Shown in pieces: positions 1 through 9,859 of a DNA stretch of 64,000 bases (the stretch's first letter is position 1; each line of letters opens with the position of its first letter). Under the pieces are notes generated by a model. It made no database searches and was not told where the DNA came from. It saw nothing but the letters and a program-made list of their open reading frames with translations. The position numbers and the translations under genes are program-made. The stretch spans positions 1,952,001 through 2,016,000 of the forward strand of contig AP038806.1 in the NCBI GenBank assembly GCA_047150005.1. Reading direction: 5' to 3'. The stretch comes from Nitrospira sp. (lineage in GTDB: Bacteria; Nitrospirota; Nitrospiria; Nitrospirales; Nitrospiraceae).

Positions 1-141
1 ATGTTGCTCTATGCCGCGGGGAAAGAATCCTCGCTCGCCGCCTGCGTTCCGCGGGCGCGACGGGCCCTTGAAGACGGCGCTGCGGCGCGAAAGCTCGAAA
101 CGCTCAGCCGGCAACCGATCGCCGCGGCTTCCACCGGTTGA
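1..141 (+). CDS. 3' end of a gene entering the window; TrpD/anthranilate phosphoribosyltransferase-like C-terminus
   Basis: Frame 1 is open to TGA at 139-141 and reads LLYAAGKESSLAACVPRARRALEDGAAARKLETL, resembling the terminal helices of TrpD/YbiB-family proteins. Confidence 0.45.
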   Translation: MLLYAAGKESSLAACVPRARRALEDGAAARKLETLSRQPIAAASTG

Positions 142-168
142 CGTGTATTTGACGAGGGGGATCGATCC

Positions 169-966
169 GTGAAGCATCTGCGTCAGCTTGAAGATCAAAG
201 CGTCTACATTCTTCGCGAAGCGTACAAGCATTTCGACAACCTCGCCATGCTTTGGTCGATGGGGAAGGACTCGACCGTCCTGTTATGGTTGGCCCGCAAA
301 GCCTTCTTCGGCCATGTCCCCTTTCCGCTCCTGCATGTGGACACCAGCTACAAGATTCCCGCCATGATCGAGTATCGGGACCGATTGGCGCGCGAATGGC
401 ATCTCAACCTCGTCGTCGGGCAAAACAAGGAAGCGCTGGCTGCCGGCATGAATCACACGCTGGGTCGCGTGACCTGCTGCACGGCGCTCAAGACGAACGG
501 CCTGAAGCAGCTTCTCGAGCAAAAGGGCTACACGGGCGTGATTCTCGGCGTTCGGGCGGATGAAGAGGGAACCAGGGCGAAAGAGCGCTACTTCTCGCCG
601 CGGGACAAGCACGGAGACTGGGATTTTCGGGATCAGCCGCCCGAGCTATGGGACCAGTTCAAGACGACCTTTCCGCCCGGGACCCATATCCGCATCCACC
701 CCCTGTTGGATTGGACGGAGATCAACATTTGGGAATACATCAAGCTGGAAAATATCCCGTTCATCGACTTGTACCTCGACAAGGGCGATGGCTCCCGATA
801 TCGGAGCCTCGGATGCGCCCCCTGCACGACGCCGATCAAATCGACCGCCAAGAACGTGGACGACATCATCGAGGAACTCCGCCACACGACGGTGGCGGAG
901 CGGTCCGGTCGCGCGCAGGACGAGGGACGCGGGATGGAGTTGCTTCGTAAAGACGGATACATGTGA
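169..966 (+). CDS. cysD: Sulfate adenylyltransferase subunit 2
   Basis: PP-loop [24 protein letters not shown] and [10 protein letters not shown] motifs; directly upstream of cysN. Confidence 0.95.
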   Translation: MKHLRQLEDQSVYILREAYKHFDNLAMLWSMGKDSTVLLWLARKAFFGHVPFPLLHVDTSYKIPAMIEYRDRLAREWHLNLVVGQNKEALAAGMNHTLGRVTCCTALKTNGLKQLLEQKGYTGVILGVRADEEGTRAKERYFSPRDKHGDWDFRDQPPELWDQFKTTFPPGTHIRIHPLLDWTEINIWEYIKLENIPFIDLYLDKGDGSRYRSLGCAPCTTPIKSTAKNVDDIIEELRHTTVAERSGRAQDEGRGMELLRKDGYM

Positions 967-1003
967 TCCAGACGCTCCGATCAGCAGAGGAGTTTCCCGC
1001 ACG

Positions 1004-2848
1004 ATGATGTCCCATTCATCCAAGCCGTCCGAGCACCTCAATATTGTCATCGTCGGCCACGTCGATCACGGAAAGTCGACGCTGCTCGGCCGACTCTACG
1101 CGGATACGGGATCACTTCCGGACGGCAAGCTGGAAAAGGTGCAGGCGATCTGCCGGCAGCAAGGCAAGGAGTTCGAGTACGCATTTCTGTTCGACGCCTT
1201 TCTCGAGGAGCAGGAACAGGGAATCACGATCGATACCGCGCGCACATTTTTCATCTGGCAAGGCCGCCAGTACATCATCATCGATGCGCCGGGGCACAAG
1301 GAATTTCTGAAGAACATGATTTCGGGAGCCGCTCGGGCGGAAGCCGCCCTGCTCCTGATCGACGCACTCGAAGGCGTGAAAGAACAGTCCAAGAAACACG
1401 GCTACCTGCTGTCGCTCCTCGGGGTGCGTCAGTTCGCGGTCGTCGTCAACAAGATGGACCTGGTCGGCTATCGGCAGGATGTTTTCGACGGGATCGAGAA
1501 GGAATATCGTGAATTTCTGAGCCAGTTCGGGGCCGTGCCGGAACGGGTCATACCGGTCAGCGCGAAAATGGGCGACAACATCGCCAAACGCAGCCCGGCC
1601 ATGCCCTGGTACGAGGGCCCTACCGTACTGGACACGCTGCACCTGTTCAAGAAGGAAACGGCTCGGTCCGAACAGCCGCTCCGGTTTCCGATCCAGGACG
1701 TCTACAAGTTCGATGCGCGGCGGATCGTCACCGGCCGCATCACGGCGGGCCGGCTGAAGATCGGGGACCACCTGGTCTTCTCTCCCTCGAACAAGCGCGC
1801 CAACATCCGATCCGTCGAAGCGTTTAATATCGAGCCGTCACCGACCGGTGGGGAAGCCGGTCAATCGGTTGGCATCACCCTGGACGAGCAGATTTTCATC
1901 GAGCGAGGCGAAATTGCGACCCATCAATCGCAATTGCCGCTGGTGTCGACGGCCTTTCGCGCCAATCTGTTCTGGTTGGGCCGGCGTCCTCTGGAAAAAG
2001 GTCGCAAATACCTTCTGCGTGTCGCGACAAAGGAAGTGGATTGCGAGATCGCCGTGATCCACAAGATCATCGACACCATGGATTTGGCGCAGCAGCAGGA
2101 CAGTACGACGGTGGCGAGAAATCAGGTGGCGGAATTGACGGTGAGGACGAAGGCCCCGGTCGCGTTCGACTTGTCGTCCTCCTTTGAAGCCACCGGCCGG
2201 TTCGTCTTGGTGGACGAGTACGACATCGCGGGCGGCGGGATCGTCACGGAAGTGGTCCACGACGATCAGGAGTTCCTGCGCGAAGAAGCCCGGCGGCGGG
2301 ATTTCGCCTGGGTCAAGGGGGAAGTCGGGATCGAGGAACGGGCGCAACAGTACGGCCATCGGGCGGCAATCGTCCTGGTCACCGGAGGGCGGCATACCGG
2401 CAAGTCCTTTCTGGCCAAGAAACTGGAGGGCCGCCTCGTGGCAGATGGGCGGCATGCCTATCTGCTCGATGGAGAAAATCTCCGCCGGGGTCTCGATGCC
2501 GACCTCTCGGAGCACGAGCGAGGGCAAACGACCGAGATGGCTCGCCGATACGGAGAAGTGGCGCGGTTGCTCATCGATACGGGTTTGATCGTCGTCTCCA
2601 CGACCAATCCGTTCGGGATGGGCTATGCCGAAGCCGCGCAGGCCATCAGAACGCTGGTGCATCCGGCGCCGGTCATTGCCGTGCACATGAGCAAGGTGCC
2701 CGAGGAGGCGCCGGCTGGAACGGATATCGTCTTGACAGGACCCGCGGATTTCGATGAGGCGACTCGCCGGATCATCGAAGAGTTGAAACGCCGTGGGGTT
2801 TTGGCGCACGCCATTGGAGCCAAGCCGACGTTTCAATATTCGATTTAG
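1004..2848 (+). CDS. cysN: Sulfate adenylyltransferase subunit 1 (EF-Tu-like GTPase) fused to a shortened APS-kinase-like domain
   Basis: GHVDHGKST, QGITID, DAPGH and NKMD motifs; C-terminal P-loop GGRHTGKS and LDGENLR; start placed at ATG 1004, not the ORF-track 560. Confidence 0.93.
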   Translation: MMSHSSKPSEHLNIVIVGHVDHGKSTLLGRLYADTGSLPDGKLEKVQAICRQQGKEFEYAFLFDAFLEEQEQGITIDTARTFFIWQGRQYIIIDAPGHKEFLKNMISGAARAEAALLLIDALEGVKEQSKKHGYLLSLLGVRQFAVVVNKMDLVGYRQDVFDGIEKEYREFLSQFGAVPERVIPVSAKMGDNIAKRSPAMPWYEGPTVLDTLHLFKKETARSEQPLRFPIQDVYKFDARRIVTGRITAGRLKIGDHLVFSPSNKRANIRSVEAFNIEPSPTGGEAGQSVGITLDEQIFIERGEIATHQSQLPLVSTAFRANLFWLGRRPLEKGRKYLLRVATKEVDCEIAVIHKIIDTMDLAQQQDSTTVARNQVAELTVRTKAPVAFDLSSSFEATGRFVLVDEYDIAGGGIVTEVVHDDQEFLREEARRRDFAWVKGEVGIEERAQQYGHRAAIVLVTGGRHTGKSFLAKKLEGRLVADGRHAYLLDGENLRRGLDADLSEHERGQTTEMARRYGEVARLLIDTGLIVVSTTNPFGMGYAEAAQAIRTLVHPAPVIAVHMSKVPEEAPAGTDIVLTGPADFDEATRRIIEELKRRGVLAHAIGAKPTFQYSI

Positions 2849-2890
2849 GATACCGGAACTGGTCGTCGAGTGCCTCTGCAGGCGGTTGGT

Positions 2891-2920
2891 TTGACTCTCC
2901 GGAAACCCTTATGTTACCGT
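2891..2920 (+). promoter_or_regulatory. Putative sigma-70 promoter for the mrp operon
   Basis: TTGACT-N18-TACCGT with a TGn extension. Confidence 0.45.
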
Positions 2921-2951
2921 ATCTTCTCGCGATATCCGCAGGTTTGACGAG

Positions 2952-3881
2952 GTGGTCGATATGCCTTCCGAAAAGGATTTGAAGTCGATTCTCGGTAAGC
3001 TTCGGTACTCCGACGACGCCAAAGTCGTGCAGCAAATCACCGAGCAGATGCAGCAGGTGCAGGCCAGAATGGCCGGGGTCAAGCACAAGCTTGTGGTCAT
3101 GAGCGGCAAGGGCGGCGTGGGCAAGAGCATGACCACGGTCAACCTGGCGCTGGCATTGGCTCGACAGCACAGCCGTGTCGGCCTTCTTGATGTGGATTTA
3201 AATGGACCCTGTGTCCCCCGCATGCTCGGCCTTCATGGCCAGTCGCTCACCATGACCGCCGAGGGGGCGGTTCCACCCATCGGGCCGTTGGGTATCAAAG
3301 TCGCGTCGATGGACTTCTTTCTTGGCGCTGCGTCTCCGGTGAGATGGAAAGGCCCCATGGATGTCAGTCCGGTCTGGTTGGGCCTGATGGAAATGAACGT
3401 CATTCGAGAGTTCTTGGCCGACGTCGTCTGGGGAGAATTGGACTATCTCCTTGCGGATCTCCCGCCCGGTGCCGCCGCGGACAAGCCGCCTGTTATTGCC
3501 GGTTTCATTCCTGATTTGGCTGGTGCGGTCGTGGTGACGACTCCATCGGAGGTCGCGTCCGATGTCGTCCAGAAATCCGTCACCTATGCCCGGGACATGG
3601 GGATCAAGGTCTTGGGCATCGTCGAAAACATGAGCGAATACCGTTGCCCGTCCTGCGGGGAACAAAACGAATTGTTCGAAGGCAACACCGAAGCCATGTG
3701 CGAAGTGTTGGATCTCCCCCTTCTCGGCCGTATCCCTTTCGACCGGAAACTTGCCCGCACCTTCGATAAGGGCGAACCGTTGCTGGACGAGACGTATCCG
3801 ACCATCCAGCGTTACCAGGAAATCGCGGGGCGCATTCGAACGTTGCTGGATTACAAGAAGGTCTTGGCCGAAAAACTATGA
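2952..3881 (+). CDS. mrp: Mrp/NBP35 (ApbC) family Fe-S carrier ATPase
   Basis: MSGKGGVGKS deviant Walker A, DYLLADLPPG, ENMS..CPSC; start may be ATG 2961. Confidence 0.9.
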   Translation: MVDMPSEKDLKSILGKLRYSDDAKVVQQITEQMQQVQARMAGVKHKLVVMSGKGGVGKSMTTVNLALALARQHSRVGLLDVDLNGPCVPRMLGLHGQSLTMTAEGAVPPIGPLGIKVASMDFFLGAASPVRWKGPMDVSPVWLGLMEMNVIREFLADVVWGELDYLLADLPPGAAADKPPVIAGFIPDLAGAVVVTTPSEVASDVVQKSVTYARDMGIKVLGIVENMSEYRCPSCGEQNELFEGNTEAMCEVLDLPLLGRIPFDRKLARTFDKGEPLLDETYPTIQRYQEIAGRIRTLLDYKKVLAEKL

Positions 3882-3903
3882 CGCTCATCCAAGAGGAGAT
3901 GCC

Positions 3904-4656
3904 ATGAAATTCGTGTGTCTCAACTGCGAAACCTATATGAACTTCGAAAAGGTCGAAAAGCCCGGGGAAGGGTCTCTCGGGGTGTTTTTCGGCTGCCCGT
4001 CCTGCGGCGCGAAATTTTCGATGGTGACCAATCCAGGCGAAACGCAAATGGTCAGTTCGTTGGGGGTGAAATTGGGCGGAAGAACCGTCGCGCCGGAACC
4101 GTTCGAAATGACCCGTGGGACGCTGAAGGATGAAGCCTTGGCTGGGTCCGGCCAGATGGCAGCGTACTTGAATGAGAAGATTCAGGGAGGACAGCCGGTT
4201 GCCGCGTCGCCTGCTGCTCCCAAGAGCGGCGACAAGACGGGAGGCAGTGGCTGCCCGTTTTCCGCGATGGTGGCTGAAATGGGGCTCACGTCCTCCGGCA
4301 AGCCGGCCAACGGCGCGTCGGCGCACTCGGAGTTCACCTGGACGGCCGATGCCAAGGAAAAACTCGACCGGCTCCCGGCTTTCGTCAAACCGATGGTTCA
4401 GAGCAGCGTGGAAGCCTATGCCAGAAAGCAAGGCTATACGACCATCACGCTGCAAGTAATGGACGATTCCAAGAACGACTCACCCAACGGCATTGCCTGG
4501 ACGCCTGAAGCGGAGCAGCGGCTCGACAACATCCCAGACTTCATCCGTCCGATGGCCCGCAAGGAAATCGAACGGCTGGCCAAAGAGCGCGGCGTTGCGA
4601 CGATCACGGCGCAAGTGATGGACGACGCTAAAGACAAGTTCATGAAATTCATGTAG
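3904..4656 (+). CDS. Zn-ribbon protein with two PCP_red-like (BchB/ChlB C-terminal) repeats
   Basis: SD AGGAG before ATG 3904; CLNC..CPSC; repeats WTADAKEKLDRLPAFVK and WTPEAEQRLDNIPDFIR..IT. Confidence 0.8.
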   Translation: MKFVCLNCETYMNFEKVEKPGEGSLGVFFGCPSCGAKFSMVTNPGETQMVSSLGVKLGGRTVAPEPFEMTRGTLKDEALAGSGQMAAYLNEKIQGGQPVAASPAAPKSGDKTGGSGCPFSAMVAEMGLTSSGKPANGASAHSEFTWTADAKEKLDRLPAFVKPMVQSSVEAYARKQGYTTITLQVMDDSKNDSPNGIAWTPEAEQRLDNIPDFIRPMARKEIERLAKERGVATITAQVMDDAKDKFMKFM

Positions 4657-5490
4657 ATGCTCACTCGGTCGGAAACGGCGTCTATGAAGGCCTGTCCGGC
4701 GGTCCGGATGGGCCTTTTCTTTGCCCCCCTGGCTGCTCTTGCACGGATGACGGGGCGGCAGGCCGGACCACTGCTCCTGTGTGCCCTCCTGTGGACGGCC
4801 CTGGTGCCGTCCCTGTCGTCCGCCCAACATGGCGAACTGCATCATGCGGCGGTCACGGCCGGGTCGCATCATGACGGACATGCCGCTTCCTCAGATGGCT
4901 GGGAAGGCTCGCCCGCCGGGGTCGCCTATTCCGAACGGAATCACCATGTGGCGGGACTCTTTGTCGTGCTGATCGGGCTGGCGGAGTTGTGCCATGTCTC
5001 CCGGCGGGCGGTGCTGAGCTGGGCTCGCTTCGTGACGCCGGCTGCCATGCTCACCACCGGCCTGTTTTTAATGATTTGGAGCGACCACGAAGCCTGGCCG
5101 ATCGGCTCCCTGACCTTCGCCCAATCATTCTTTGGGCAGGAGTCCGAGATCGTCCAGCACAAGGTATTCGGGCTGGCCTCGTTGACGGTCGGCTGGATTG
5201 AGCTGATTCGACGACTTGGCGGACTGCGCCCAGCCTGGTGGATGGCCCCGTTTCCGCTGATGGCGATTATCGGCGGCCTGATGCTGTTCGCCCATTCCCA
5301 TGGCGACCACCCATCCGGGGATAAAATCGCGCTGCATCATGCCATTATGGGGACGATGGCCGTGACGGCCGGGTCGAGCAAACTGCTGTCTGGTTGGGTG
5401 AAGGAGCAACGGATCCCGTCACGATGGGAGCTCATCTGGGCCTGCCTGATTGTGGTCATCGGCGCGCAGTTACTCATCTATTCTGAATAG
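4657..5490 (+). CDS. His-rich polytopic membrane protein resembling the C-terminal extension of some CopD-family proteins
   Basis: His-rich N-region, ~6 hydrophobic segments, AYSERNHH, SDHEAWP, QHK, HSHG and LHH motifs; start uncertain (4657/4684/4708). Confidence 0.6.
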   Translation: MLTRSETASMKACPAVRMGLFFAPLAALARMTGRQAGPLLLCALLWTALVPSLSSAQHGELHHAAVTAGSHHDGHAASSDGWEGSPAGVAYSERNHHVAGLFVVLIGLAELCHVSRRAVLSWARFVTPAAMLTTGLFLMIWSDHEAWPIGSLTFAQSFFGQESEIVQHKVFGLASLTVGWIELIRRLGGLRPAWWMAPFPLMAIIGGLMLFAHSHGDHPSGDKIALHHAIMGTMAVTAGSSKLLSGWVKEQRIPSRWELIWACLIVVIGAQLLIYSE

Positions 5491-5632
5491 CCCTCGGGTC
5501 GAACCGGCGGTGCACGGCGGCGCCCTCGTAATTGACACCCTTCCGAACCCTGTGCTACCTGTACCGAATCACCGCAAAGGAGAATCTCTGTACCAGACAG
5601 TCGAATTCGGGATCGACTGAGGAGAGGTATTT

Positions 5633-6391
5633 ATGGGCGGCCATAGTCATTGGGCTACGATCAAACGCCACAAATCGGCTCAGGATGCGAAACGCGGCAA
5701 GATCTTTACTCGGATCATCCGGGAGTTGACCATTGCGGCTCGAGGCGGAGGCGATCCAGACGGCAATCCCCGGTTGCGGCTGGCGATTGGGAAGGCCAAA
5801 GAAGCGAATATGCCCGGCGACACGATGAAGAAGGCCATTCAGCGCGGCACGGGGGAGCTCCCCGGAGTCTCCTATGAAGAATTTACCCTCGAAGGGTACG
5901 GTCCCGGGGGAACGGCCCTGCTGCTCGAAATCACCAGCGACAACCGCAATCGTACGGTGGCCGAGATCCGTAGCCTGTTCACCAAGAACCACGGCAACAT
6001 GGCGGAAGCCGGCGCAGTGGCCTGGCAGTTCCACAAGAAGGGGCTGTTGACCATCGACAAAGGCAAGATCGAGGAAGACGCCTTGCTGTCGCTGGCGTTG
6101 GATGCCGGAGCGGAGGATGTGAAGTCCGGTGAGAAGAGCTTCGAGGTCGTCACCAACCCCCACGACTTCGAGACCGTCAAAAAAGCCTTGGCGGACGCGA
6201 AGGTCGATACGTCTCTTGCGGAGCTCACGTTCGTCCCGCAGAATACGATCCGACTCGAGGAAAAAGACGCGGAACAGATGCTCAAGCTCATGGAAGTCAT
6301 GGACGAACATGACGACGTCCAGAAGGTGCACGCCAACTTCGACATTCCGGATGACGTGATGGAAAAAGTTGCCGCTGCCGCGACCGGGTAG
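5633..6391 (+). CDS. yebC: YebC/PmpR family protein
   Basis: MGGHSHWATIKRHK, GNPRLRLAI, EGYGPGG, TSDNRNRT, DDVQKVHAN. Confidence 0.95.
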   Translation: MGGHSHWATIKRHKSAQDAKRGKIFTRIIRELTIAARGGGDPDGNPRLRLAIGKAKEANMPGDTMKKAIQRGTGELPGVSYEEFTLEGYGPGGTALLLEITSDNRNRTVAEIRSLFTKNHGNMAEAGAVAWQFHKKGLLTIDKGKIEEDALLSLALDAGAEDVKSGEKSFEVVTNPHDFETVKKALADAKVDTSLAELTFVPQNTIRLEEKDAEQMLKLMEVMDEHDDVQKVHANFDIPDDVMEKVAAAATG

Positions 6392-6437
6392 CCGCCGGCT
6401 GGATCTCTTCTGCTCCGGAGCGTCACACGACGGATTC

Positions 6438-7046
6438 ATGATCGCCTCACTGACAGGCCGATTGGCCTTCAAGGCGCCGACGCATCTGACCCTTGATGTA
6501 CAGGGGGTCGGGTATGACGTTCTGATTCCGCTCAGCACGTATTATGGTCTGCCTGACCTGAATGCCGCGCTCTCTTTGAACATTCACACCCACGTACGCG
6601 AGGACGCGATCCAACTGTTCGGCTTCAGCAGCCGGCAGGAGAAGGAGGCGTTTCTGTTGCTGACGACGGTGTCCGGCGTCGGCCCGAAGACCGCGCTAGG
6701 GATTCTCTCCGCGTTGCCGGTGGCCGATCTGGTGTCGGCTATCCACGCAAGCGACGTGGAAAAGCTCGAAACCATCCCGGGCATCGGGAAGAAATCCGCG
6801 GGACGTCTCATACTGGAGCTGAAGGATAAGTTGGGCAAGCTGCATCCGGGCTTGGCCGCCGCCGGGCAGAGCTCCGGGAATGCGCACGAGAGCCTCGTTG
6901 AAGATGCACTGTCGGCGCTGACGAATCTCGGCTATCGACTGCCGGACGCGAGAGAGGCGCTGAAACGAGTTCGACAAGAACGACCGGCGACGCTCAGTCT
7001 GCAGGAGCTCATTCGCCATTCGCTGAAGGAAATGGCCAGGGGGTAG
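6438..7046 (+). CDS. ruvA: Holliday junction branch migration protein RuvA
   Basis: MIASLTGRL, GVGY, HVREDAIQLFGF, HhH motifs GVGPKTA and PGIGKKSA; start at ATG 6438. Confidence 0.95.
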   Translation: MIASLTGRLAFKAPTHLTLDVQGVGYDVLIPLSTYYGLPDLNAALSLNIHTHVREDAIQLFGFSSRQEKEAFLLLTTVSGVGPKTALGILSALPVADLVSAIHASDVEKLETIPGIGKKSAGRLILELKDKLGKLHPGLAAAGQSSGNAHESLVEDALSALTNLGYRLPDAREALKRVRQERPATLSLQELIRHSLKEMARG

Positions 7047-7546
7047 TGATGCCAATCATGAGTGATCGTCCGACGGGGGGAGGCCTCTGTGTCCTGATCG
7101 TCGCGGGTCTGTTCCTCACGCTCCCGAGCCTTGCGCCGGCCGACAATGCCGGCACGGAACCGAAGAGCATCAGGAAGACATGTGGACAATGCCCGGACGG
7201 CTACGCCGTAACCGGGATGACGGAGGCTCCGTCCATTTGCAAAGACGGGAACCCCACGCTGGTGGAATGCATCCCCTTGGGAGCCAATCTGCTGCCGGTC
7301 TGCGGGGCCTGTCCCGACGGTTATCAAGAGATCGGCCGCTCGTCCGTGCCGTCCCGCTGCGGCAATCAAGACGGCGGAAAACTCAGTCAATGTCAGCTGC
7401 AGAAATTCGAATCGAATTTGCCGGATCCGACACAAGGGAGAAGGACCTGTCCTCCCGATTGCGGAAGCACGGCGACGCCGGGTCAGGGGGCTATGCCACC
7501 TCCGGCCAAATACCTGCCGACGCCGGAACAGCCATCGGGACAATGA
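7046..7546 (+). CDS. Secreted Cys-rich protein with an internal duplicated CGxCPDGY repeat
   Basis: Hydrophobic signal-like segment; CGQCPDGY and CGACPDGY; Pro-rich tail; start may be 7049 or 7058. Confidence 0.65.
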   Translation: MMPIMSDRPTGGGLCVLIVAGLFLTLPSLAPADNAGTEPKSIRKTCGQCPDGYAVTGMTEAPSICKDGNPTLVECIPLGANLLPVCGACPDGYQEIGRSSVPSRCGNQDGGKLSQCQLQKFESNLPDPTQGRRTCPPDCGSTATPGQGAMPPPAKYLPTPEQPSGQ

Positions 7547-7571
7547 GTCAACACAGGCGACAACGAGCACG

Positions 7572-8579
7572 ATGATGCCGCAACGGGTTGTGAGTCCGCA
7601 ATTGACCGACGAAGAGCGAAACATGGAGACCGTGCTTCGTCCACAGTCCCTGGAGGAATACATTGGGCAGTCTCGCATGAAGGAATCTCTCAGGATTTGC
7701 ATCGAGGCGGCCAGACAGCGCCGCGAGCCGCTGGATCACACGATTTTCTACGGCCCCCCGGGCTTGGGTAAGACCACGATCGCCCACATCATCGCCCGTG
7801 AAATGGGCGGGACGCTCCAGGCCACCTCCGGCCTGGTGCTCGCCCATGCCGGTGATCTGGCGGCCGTGCTCACGAATCTTCAGGAACATGACGTCCTGTT
7901 TATCGACGAAATTCATCGGCTGCCTGCCGCAGTGGAGGAAGCCCTCTATCCAGCCATGGAGGATTTTCAACTGGATTTAGTCGTCGGCCAGGGACCTGCA
8001 GCCCGTACGGTCAAGCTCGACCTCCCCAGGTTCACGCTGGTGGGAGCCACGACCAAGGCTGGTGCATTGACCTCTCCCCTGCGCGATCGGTTCGGGTTGG
8101 TGTACCGCCTTGATTTTTATACAGCGGGCGAGCTGCAGTTGATCGTGACGCGGTCGGCGGGCCTGCTGAATATTCCCATCGAACCGGCCGGAGCGGACGA
8201 GATCGCCGCGCGCGCGCGTGGAACCCCCCGGATCGTCAATCGTCTGGTCAAACGCGTCCGCGATTATGCGCAAGTCAAAGCCGACGGTCGGATTACGCTG
8301 GCTGTGGCCCAGGAAGCGCTGAGCTGGCTTGGTGTGGACGCGGCGGGTTTCGATGAGATGGACCGGAAGATCCTCCTGACGATCATCGAGAAATTCGGTG
8401 GAGGGCCGGTGGGAGTCGAGTCCCTGGCTGCGGCCGTGCAGGAAGACAGGAGCACCCTTGAGGACGTGCATGAGCCCTATCTGATCCAGGCCGGCTACCT
8501 CGAGCGAACGGGGCGTGGTCGACAGGCCAGCAAGCTGGCGCACGATCATTTCAATAAGCCGTCCAACCTACTGCTGTAA
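7572..8579 (+). CDS. ruvB: Holliday junction DNA helicase RuvB
   Basis: [44 protein letters not shown]. Confidence 0.97.
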   Translation: MMPQRVVSPQLTDEERNMETVLRPQSLEEYIGQSRMKESLRICIEAARQRREPLDHTIFYGPPGLGKTTIAHIIAREMGGTLQATSGLVLAHAGDLAAVLTNLQEHDVLFIDEIHRLPAAVEEALYPAMEDFQLDLVVGQGPAARTVKLDLPRFTLVGATTKAGALTSPLRDRFGLVYRLDFYTAGELQLIVTRSAGLLNIPIEPAGADEIAARARGTPRIVNRLVKRVRDYAQVKADGRITLAVAQEALSWLGVDAAGFDEMDRKILLTIIEKFGGGPVGVESLAAAVQEDRSTLEDVHEPYLIQAGYLERTGRGRQASKLAHDHFNKPSNLLL

Positions 8580-8673
8580 TTCCTGACAGGAACTCCTTCA
8601 CGCCAACTCATCCTCGGTATAAGAACATCACGTTGGCCTGTTCCCATAAATACCTGAAAGTCCTAGCGTCTCC

Positions 8674-8703
8674 TTGCATTTTCTGATCAGAATCCTGTAT
8701 TAT
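8674..8703 (+). promoter_or_regulatory. Putative sigma-70 promoter of the pheA-aro operon
   Basis: TTGCAT-N18-TATTAT in an AT-rich intergenic region. Confidence 0.4.
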
Positions 8704-8778
8704 TTCGCGATTGCTCTCACCTGTTCTGCTTCTGGACGTTCGTCCAACTCATGAGGCACGGGTGGAGGGGGACGATGC

Positions 8779-9855
8779 ATGTCCGGAGATCTCTCCGAAC
8801 ACCGGAAAGAGATTGATCGAATCGACGACGAGATCCTTCGTCTCCTCAACATTCGGTCGAAGAGCGTCATTGAGATCGGCAAGCTGAAGAAACAACAGAA
8901 CGCCGATGCTAATCTCCACACGCCCGCTCGCGAGGCCGCGATCATCGAGCGGCTGGTGGCCCAAAACACCGGTCCATTTCCATCCGACGGGATCCGGCCC
9001 GTGTACCGGGAAATCATGTCTGCGTCTTTATCCCTGGAAGGCCCTCAGAAGGTCGCCTATCTGGGACCGCGGGCGACTTTTACCCACATGGCCTGTATGC
9101 AGAAATTCGGGTCCTCCGCCCAGTACATCCCTGTCCACAGCATCAAAGAGGTCTTCAGCGAAGTGGAACGTGGACGGGCGAATTTCGGGGTGGTACCGAT
9201 CGAGAATACGACGGAAGGTGTCGTGAATCATACGCTGGACATGTTCATCGACTCGAATCTGCTGATCTACGGGGAGGTACTCCAGGAGGTGTCGCATCAT
9301 CTCCTGTCCAAATCGGGGACACCGGAAGAAATCAAGAAGATCAGCTCGCATCCGCATGCTATTGCTCAATGCCGCAATTGGCTGGAAACGCATATGCCGC
9401 ATGTGCCGGTTTCCGAGGTGGCCAGTACTGCCCGAGCCGCGGAACTCTGCCTCGAAGACCCATCCATCGCCGCGATCGCCTCGCAGTTGGCTGCCGAACT
9501 CTACGGCCTGAAGATCATCAAGTCGCGGATCGAGGACAATTTGAACAATTTTACCCGCTTTCTCGTGCTGTCCCAGAGGGCGCCGGAGCGGACCGGCAAA
9601 GACAAGACTTCGCTCATGCTCTCGATCAAGGACAAAGTGGGCGCGCTCTACGATCTCCTCCGCCCGTTTGCCTCGCACGGGATCAGCATGACCAAGATCG
9701 AATCCCGTCCGTCCAGGCGAAAAGCCTGGGAGTATATCTTCTTCGTGGATATTGAAGGCCATATCGAGGAAGATCGGGTGAAGAAGGCGGTCGAGGACAT
9801 CACCGGCCGCTGCCTCTTTATGAAGGTGTTGGGATCCTATCCCGCACATAGCTGA
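8779..9855 (+). CDS. pheA: Chorismate mutase/prephenate dehydratase
   Basis: N-terminal AroQ (RKEIDRIDDEILRLL), LGPRATF, PIENTTEG, NFTRF, ACT domain IESRPS. Confidence 0.96.
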   Translation: MSGDLSEHRKEIDRIDDEILRLLNIRSKSVIEIGKLKKQQNADANLHTPAREAAIIERLVAQNTGPFPSDGIRPVYREIMSASLSLEGPQKVAYLGPRATFTHMACMQKFGSSAQYIPVHSIKEVFSEVERGRANFGVVPIENTTEGVVNHTLDMFIDSNLLIYGEVLQEVSHHLLSKSGTPEEIKKISSHPHAIAQCRNWLETHMPHVPVSEVASTARAAELCLEDPSIAAIASQLAAELYGLKIIKSRIEDNLNNFTRFLVLSQRAPERTGKDKTSLMLSIKDKVGALYDLLRPFASHGISMTKIESRPSRRKAWEYIFFVDIEGHIEEDRVKKAVEDITGRCLFMKVLGSYPAHS

Positions 9856-9859
9856 CCCC

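Noticed and set aside
560..1003. N-terminal extension of cysN overlapping cysD in the ORF track
   Set aside because: Non-homologous, low-complexity translation; the GTPase domain begins just after ATG 1004
3904..4656. Photosynthesis (bchB/chlB) inference from PCP_red repeats
   Set aside because: Only the small C-terminal domain is present; no nitrogenase-like catalytic domain or pigment genes
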